From: Myxococcota bacterium
Lineage (GTDB): Bacteria; Myxococcota_A; Bradymonadia; UBA7976; UBA1532
Assembly: GCA_036337435.1 (NCBI GenBank)
Contig: JAYZEG010000035.1
Location: forward strand, 1-18,854
Length of the DNA stretch: 18,854 bases
Direction: 5' to 3'
A program made the translations under genes and the position numbers. This document shows, in pieces, positions 14,575-18,854 of this stretch (position 1 is the stretch's first letter; every line of letters starts with the position of its first letter). Below the pieces are notes generated by a model that worked only from the letters and a program-made list of their open reading frames with translations, was not told where the DNA came from and searched no databases.

Positions 14575-15198
14575 TCAGTTATTGAGCGGCTTGCCGTCGA
14601 TGCTGTCGAGGCAAGCGCGGATGGCCTTTTCCGCCTCGTGAATATCCGCCTCGTAACCACCGAGGTAAAGCCGGCCATACTTACCAAATGTCCGTACCTC
14701 GAGGAGATTCACATTGGCGGCCTTTTCCGCTTCATTGGCCGCGATGCATGCGTAGCCGGCTGGCTCACATTCCATCACGTAAAGCGTCTGCCCTTCCGTG
14801 ATCATGTCACCGTGGCGCATGCGGTTGATGAGCATTGCTTGATGACCGTCCAAGCCCGTAATTTGCTCGCTGGTGCGAATGGCCGGCTTGTATCGGTCTG
14901 TTTCCGCTAAACCAAATTCTCCGAGAATGGCTTCACCAGCTGCCCTGACTTGTCCCTGGTCGAAACTATGGATTTCGAGTACTCCGAAGGCGCGCTCAAC
15001 AATTTGCAATCCGGGTAGAACCGACGTTCTCTTGAGGGCAACATCGGTCACCGTATTGATAGCCAAACCGGGCGCAATTTCAACAAACAGTGCGGCTTGA
15101 CCTTCCAATGGATTAAAGCCGGGTACCACCGTTTGCAAAAAACCGGTCAGCTGTGGCTGAAGAACATCGATATATGTAAAAGTCCGTAAATCGATCAC
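14575..15198 (-). CDS. bacterial microcompartment shell protein, permuted tandem-domain BMC-Tdp (CcmP/CsoS1D/Haliangium T2-T3 class)
   Basis: Motifs LRTFTYIDVLQPQL, LFVEIAPG, TDVALK, QIVERAFGVLEIHSFDQGQVRAAG, HQAMLINR, LYVMECEPAGYA, AANEAEKAA and FGKYGRLYLGG are the BMC-Tdp signatures. GTG start at 15198 gives about 207 aa. Confidence 0.9.
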   Translation of the reverse strand: MIDLRTFTYIDVLQPQLTGFLQTVVPGFNPLEGQAALFVEIAPGLAINTVTDVALKRTSVLPGLQIVERAFGVLEIHSFDQGQVRAAGEAILGEFGLAETDRYKPAIRTSEQITGLDGHQAMLINRMRHGDMITEGQTLYVMECEPAGYACIAANEAEKAANVNLLEVRTFGKYGRLYLGGYEADIHEAEKAIRACLDSIDGKPLNN

Positions 15199-15375
15199 GA
15201 TCGCCCCGCTGAGTTTATCGACACCCGTACCAATACCGGGTCCGAGCCCAAGCCACAAGCATCGCCGACAAGATCGGCGCATTAGTTTATTCCATCGACG
15301 ACATCCGGATTTTGATCTACAACTCGGGGAGGGGCGTTCTTAATCCTGAGCACCGACTCAGACTTGGGGGGCATT

Positions 15376-16356
15376 GTGAACTTTAAAGACCTTGCAGCGC
15401 GCGTTTTAGAAGGATACCAGATCGATCGAAACGAGGGTCGGGCCATCTTGGCGTCGAGCCGAGAACAGCTGGACGAGCTGCTCGATGCAGCCGAAATGCT
15501 CAGAATGGCAGCACATGGTCGCGACGTGACGCTGCACGTGCTGCAGAACGCAAAGTCGGGTGCTTGCCCAGAAGATTGTTCGTTCTGTAGTCAGTCCACC
15601 CATTTCGAAACGGATGTTCAGCAGTATCGAATGCAGACCGTCCAAGAATTGGTTGCGGCAGCCCAGCAAGCGCATAGCATGGGTGCGACTCGATACTGTA
15701 TGGTGACCAGTACGCGTAAGCCAACAGACAGAGAGATTAAGGTTGTCTGCGATGCGACACGCAAAATCAAGGAGAGCTATCCAATCGAAATCTGTGCGTC
15801 CCTAGGTTTCTTGGATCAAAAATCAGCCGAGCAGCTCGCTGAGGCCGGCGTGGATCGATTTAATCATAATATCGAAACCAGCGAGCGGCACTTTTCCAAC
15901 CTTGTTACCACCCATACCTGGCAGGACCGAGTCGACACTGTGAAGACGGCCAAAGCGGCCGGCATGGAGGCCTGCTGTGGCGGCATTGTCGGCATGGGAG
16001 AGATTTTGGACGATCGCCTTGATCTGGCTTTTAGCCTGCGTGACTTGGCGGTCGAATCGATCCCCGTAAACTTTTTGGATCCCCGAGAGGGGACGCCACT
16101 GGGAGACAGCGAAAGGCTCACAGCTGACGACTGTTTACGCGTTCTCGCAATGATGCGCTTCGTCAACCCAGGGCGTGATATTCGGGTCGCGGGCGGACGT
16201 GAAAAAGCCCTGGGCGAAAAACAAGCCCTCGCTCTAAAAGCGGCCAATTCGCTGTTCACTGAAGGCTATCTGACGACAGGTGGTCAAGGCTACCAGCACG
16301 ACGTCGACCTTATCGAAAACGCAGGTTATCGAGTCGCACTCGTGATGCCCGCGTAG
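15376..16356 (+). CDS. bioB: biotin synthase
   Basis: NAKSGACPEDCSFCSQS (radical SAM CxxxCxxC); 2Fe-2S ligand motifs RYCMV, EICASLG, ACCGGIVG and DIRVAGGRE; FNHNIET; GYLTT. GTG 15376 follows a G-rich RBS; TTG 15364 is an alternative start. Confidence 0.96.
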   Translation: MNFKDLAARVLEGYQIDRNEGRAILASSREQLDELLDAAEMLRMAAHGRDVTLHVLQNAKSGACPEDCSFCSQSTHFETDVQQYRMQTVQELVAAAQQAHSMGATRYCMVTSTRKPTDREIKVVCDATRKIKESYPIEICASLGFLDQKSAEQLAEAGVDRFNHNIETSERHFSNLVTTHTWQDRVDTVKTAKAAGMEACCGGIVGMGEILDDRLDLAFSLRDLAVESIPVNFLDPREGTPLGDSERLTADDCLRVLAMMRFVNPGRDIRVAGGREKALGEKQALALKAANSLFTEGYLTTGGQGYQHDVDLIENAGYRVALVMPA

Positions 16357-16364
16357 GGGGAATC

Positions 16365-17726
16365 ATGTCAGTCTCGACGAGTGAATTGAGACGCTGGGAC
16401 GCCGACTATGTTTGGCATCCATTTACACCCCATTCGGTCTATGCAGACGAAAACCCTCTTATGATCGTGGCAGCTGAGGGCCATGAACTCATCGACAGTG
16501 AAGGTCGGCGCTATCTCGACGGTGTTTCATCCCTCTGGTGCAACACATTTGGCCATCGACGGAAAGAAATCGACCTGGCCATTCGTCGACAACTCAACAA
16601 AGTGGCTCATGCGACCTTTCTTGGGAACGCGACAGCGCCGGCCGTGCATTTGGCAAAACGCCTTGTCGAACTGACACCAGAACCGCTCAAACGGGTCTTC
16701 TTTTCGGACAATGGATCGACGGCCGTCGAAATCGCCATCAAGATGGCATATCAATTTTGGCAGCAAACCCCTGGGGGTGAGAACCGTCGAACGTTTCTGA
16801 CCTTTCGAAATGCGTACCATGGGGACACATTGGGTTCCGTCTCAGCGGGCGGCATCGACCTTTTTCATGCGCGATATGGTGGACTTCTCTTCGATACGCT
16901 CCAAGCACCATCGCCCTGTGCTTACCGCCATGACGGCTACACGACTCGGCGAGATGCGGAAGAGGCGGCCGTTCGGGCGTTCGAGGTCATGGCAGATGAC
17001 CATGGGGACCAATTGGCGGCGATCATCGTGGAACCGGGAGTCCAGGGTGCTGCGGGCATGCTGACCCAACCGGACGGATTTTTGAAACGAGTAAAAATCG
17101 CTGCCGATAAAGCAGGTGCACTTTTAATCTTCGATGAAGTTGCTGTCGGATTTGGTCGTTCCGGTGATGCCATGTTTGCGTGTCAGTCGATTGGCGTCAC
17201 ACCAGATTTCCTTTGCTTGGCGAAAGGGCTGACAGGCGGCTATCTACCGCTGGCGGCTACGCTGACGACAGAGCGAGTTTTCCAGGCCTTTCTTGGGCCG
17301 CCGGAACTTGGCCGTACGTTTTTTCATGGTCATACCTATACGGGGAATCCATTGGGTGCCGCAGCAGCACATGCAACGCTCGATATTTTCGAAAAGACTG
17401 AGATTCTGGCTGAACTCAAGAACAAAACCAAATATTTCAGGCAGGGGCTCCACTCACTGGCAGGGCATCCAAATGTCGGTGACATTAGACAATTTGGTCT
17501 CTGCGCGGGTATTGAAATCGTTGAATCAAAAGAAAGTAAACAGGGCTTTCCAGCGAAAGAACGTATTGGAATGAGGATTTGCCAAGCGTGCGTTGAGCGC
17601 GGCGTTTTCTTACGCCCACTGGGTGATGTCATCGTCTTGGTCCCGCCCCTCACCCTGTCTGATGCCGAGTTTGACCGATTGTTTAGTGGGCTCGCAGCTG
17701 CCATTCACGCGGTCTTAGGGTCATGA
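16365..17726 (+). CDS. bioA: 7,8-diaminopelargonate aminotransferase
   Basis: Motifs WHPFT, DGVSSLWCN, FSDNGSTAVE, YHGDT, FDEVAVGFGR, LAKGLTGGYLP (PLP Lys), HGHTYTGNP and LRPLGD; bio operon context. Confidence 0.95.
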   Translation: MSVSTSELRRWDADYVWHPFTPHSVYADENPLMIVAAEGHELIDSEGRRYLDGVSSLWCNTFGHRRKEIDLAIRRQLNKVAHATFLGNATAPAVHLAKRLVELTPEPLKRVFFSDNGSTAVEIAIKMAYQFWQQTPGGENRRTFLTFRNAYHGDTLGSVSAGGIDLFHARYGGLLFDTLQAPSPCAYRHDGYTTRRDAEEAAVRAFEVMADDHGDQLAAIIVEPGVQGAAGMLTQPDGFLKRVKIAADKAGALLIFDEVAVGFGRSGDAMFACQSIGVTPDFLCLAKGLTGGYLPLAATLTTERVFQAFLGPPELGRTFFHGHTYTGNPLGAAAAHATLDIFEKTEILAELKNKTKYFRQGLHSLAGHPNVGDIRQFGLCAGIEIVESKESKQGFPAKERIGMRICQACVERGVFLRPLGDVIVLVPPLTLSDAEFDRLFSGLAAAIHAVLGS

Positions 17727-18436
17727 GAGAACAAGCCACTTATGCCGTGATTGGCACGGACACGGAAGTGGGTAAAACCGTCGTTGGCTGCGGTCTGTCA
17801 AAGGCCCTGGTCGACATGGGTCATCCAACAATCGCCATAAAACCTGTTGAAACAGGGTGTCGAGCAGTGCCGGTTGGGGCGGAAGACGGCGTTCGACTTG
17901 CCTCGGCCACTGGTCAACAAATGCCAACCCATGCCTTGAGACGCTTCGTCACGCCTGTCGCTCCACCAGTCGCCGCCGATTTGGAGGGCGAGAGCTTGGA
18001 ATACGACGCCCTTATCCAGAGCATTCGAGACGCCATGCACCCCGACCATATTCATCTCATCGAAGGGGCGGGTGGATTGCTATCCCCGATCACCTGGTCA
18101 ACAACGATGATCGAAATCTGCCAAGACTTAGGCGCCCAGGCGATTTTGGTCGCATCGGACAAACTCGGCGTGCTTAATCATACCCGGATGACCGTCCGGA
18201 TTCTTGAACATGCGAAAATTCCAATAGCGGCTATCGTTCTTTGTCGAGCCGAACACCCCGCCCCACGGCCTCCACATGAGCTTAAGCCTCATTCCATAGA
18301 TGCATCTGTCGGGCGCAACCTTGATGCCCTCAGGCGTCTTGTTGGGCCGGAAGACGTGATTTACTTGCCATACCTGGCTGATACAAAAGAGGCGGCCAAG
18401 GTATTACAGCCGTTGGCTGCGCAGTTAGCCGGATAG
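17723..18436 (+). CDS. bioD: dethiobiotin synthase
   Basis: GTDTEVGKT P-loop, KPVETG, IEGAGGLLSP and LGVLNHT; ATGA overlap with bioA. Confidence 0.95.
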   Translation: MREQATYAVIGTDTEVGKTVVGCGLSKALVDMGHPTIAIKPVETGCRAVPVGAEDGVRLASATGQQMPTHALRRFVTPVAPPVAADLEGESLEYDALIQSIRDAMHPDHIHLIEGAGGLLSPITWSTTMIEICQDLGAQAILVASDKLGVLNHTRMTVRILEHAKIPIAAIVLCRAEHPAPRPPHELKPHSIDASVGRNLDALRRLVGPEDVIYLPYLADTKEAAKVLQPLAAQLAG

Positions 18437-18448
18437 GAGAGTGCTTCG

Positions 18449-18854
18449 ATGGCGAGCTGTTTTAAGACCAAGTTAGAACAGATGCAGGCAGTCGACCGCT
18501 ATCGCGTCCTGACGTCGACAGACGGAATATCAACGACTCAGGCTGAGCGTGACGGCCGCGCGGTGACGCTCTTTTCAAGTAACGACTATCTCGGTCTATC
18601 TCGCGATGTCCGCTTAATTCAAAAAACGAAAGCTGCTCTCGACGCCCATGGCATGGGTCCGAGAGCGGCGTCTCTGATCTGCGGCTACACCTCCTATCAT
18701 GAAAACTTAGAATCCGTTCTTTCCCGCTTGAAAGGGTCTGAAGGCACACTGTTAATGCCATCGGGTTATCAAGCCAACGTTGGACTCCTCAGCGCGCTCG
18801 GTGGCCCCGATGCTGTCATTTTTTCAGATGAGCTAAATCACGCTTCGATCATTG
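18449..18854 (+). CDS. bioF: 8-amino-7-oxononanoate synthase, 3'-truncated by the window edge; missing from the ORF track
   Basis: ATG 18449 follows GGAGA. My translation reads MASCFKTKLEQMQAVDRYRVL...LFSSNDYLGLS...GPRAASLICG...PSGYQANVG...FSDELNHASII, with no stop before the window end. Confidence 0.93.
   Translation, partial: MASCFKTKLEQMQAVDRYRVLTSTDGISTTQAERDGRAVTLFSSNDYLGLSRDVRLIQKTKAALDAHGMGPRAASLICGYTSYHENLESVLSRLKGSEGTLLMPSGYQANVGLLSALGGPDAVIFSDELNHASII

Noticed and set aside
14535..14687. 51-aa N-terminal extension of EF-P
   Set aside because: It overlaps the BMC gene in another frame; EF-P homology begins at ATG 14534.
15199..15282. N-terminal extension of the BMC protein
   Set aside because: Family similarity starts at (V)IDLRTF; the extension lies in the divergent promoter gap.
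18462..18761. Minus-strand 99-aa ORF
   Set aside because: Antisense shadow of the truncated bioF on the plus strand.

Overview
Bacterial chromosomal window, fully gene-dense, with no rRNA, tRNA, CRISPR array or mobile element visible. The protein repertoire suggests Myxococcota or a related deltaproteobacterial lineage; this is an inference. From left to right: (1) the 3' part of a Gly/Ala-linker, Cys-rich protein with a Kazal domain, four LDL-receptor class A repeats and two kinds of unnamed 6-Cys module; (2) aldehyde dehydrogenase plus M50B peptidase on the minus strand; (3) a translationally coupled alpha-glucan operon: LamB-like porin, two GH13 lipoproteins and a small low-complexity lipoprotein; (4) aspS, preceded by an unknown Zn-ribbon protein; (5) an orphan Wzx/MOP-type flippase; (6) a lone permuted tandem-domain microcompartment shell gene (BMC-Tdp) directly upstream of an EfpL/YeiP-type EF-P with R33 in a TPSARGAAT loop; (7) a bioB-bioA-bioD-bioF operon running off the right edge. 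The most interesting items are the satellite BMC shell gene paired with efpL, the eukaryote-like Kazal/LDLa mosaic protein with an unnamed repeated module, the porin plus lipoprotein-amylase system, and the unknown Zn-ribbon protein.
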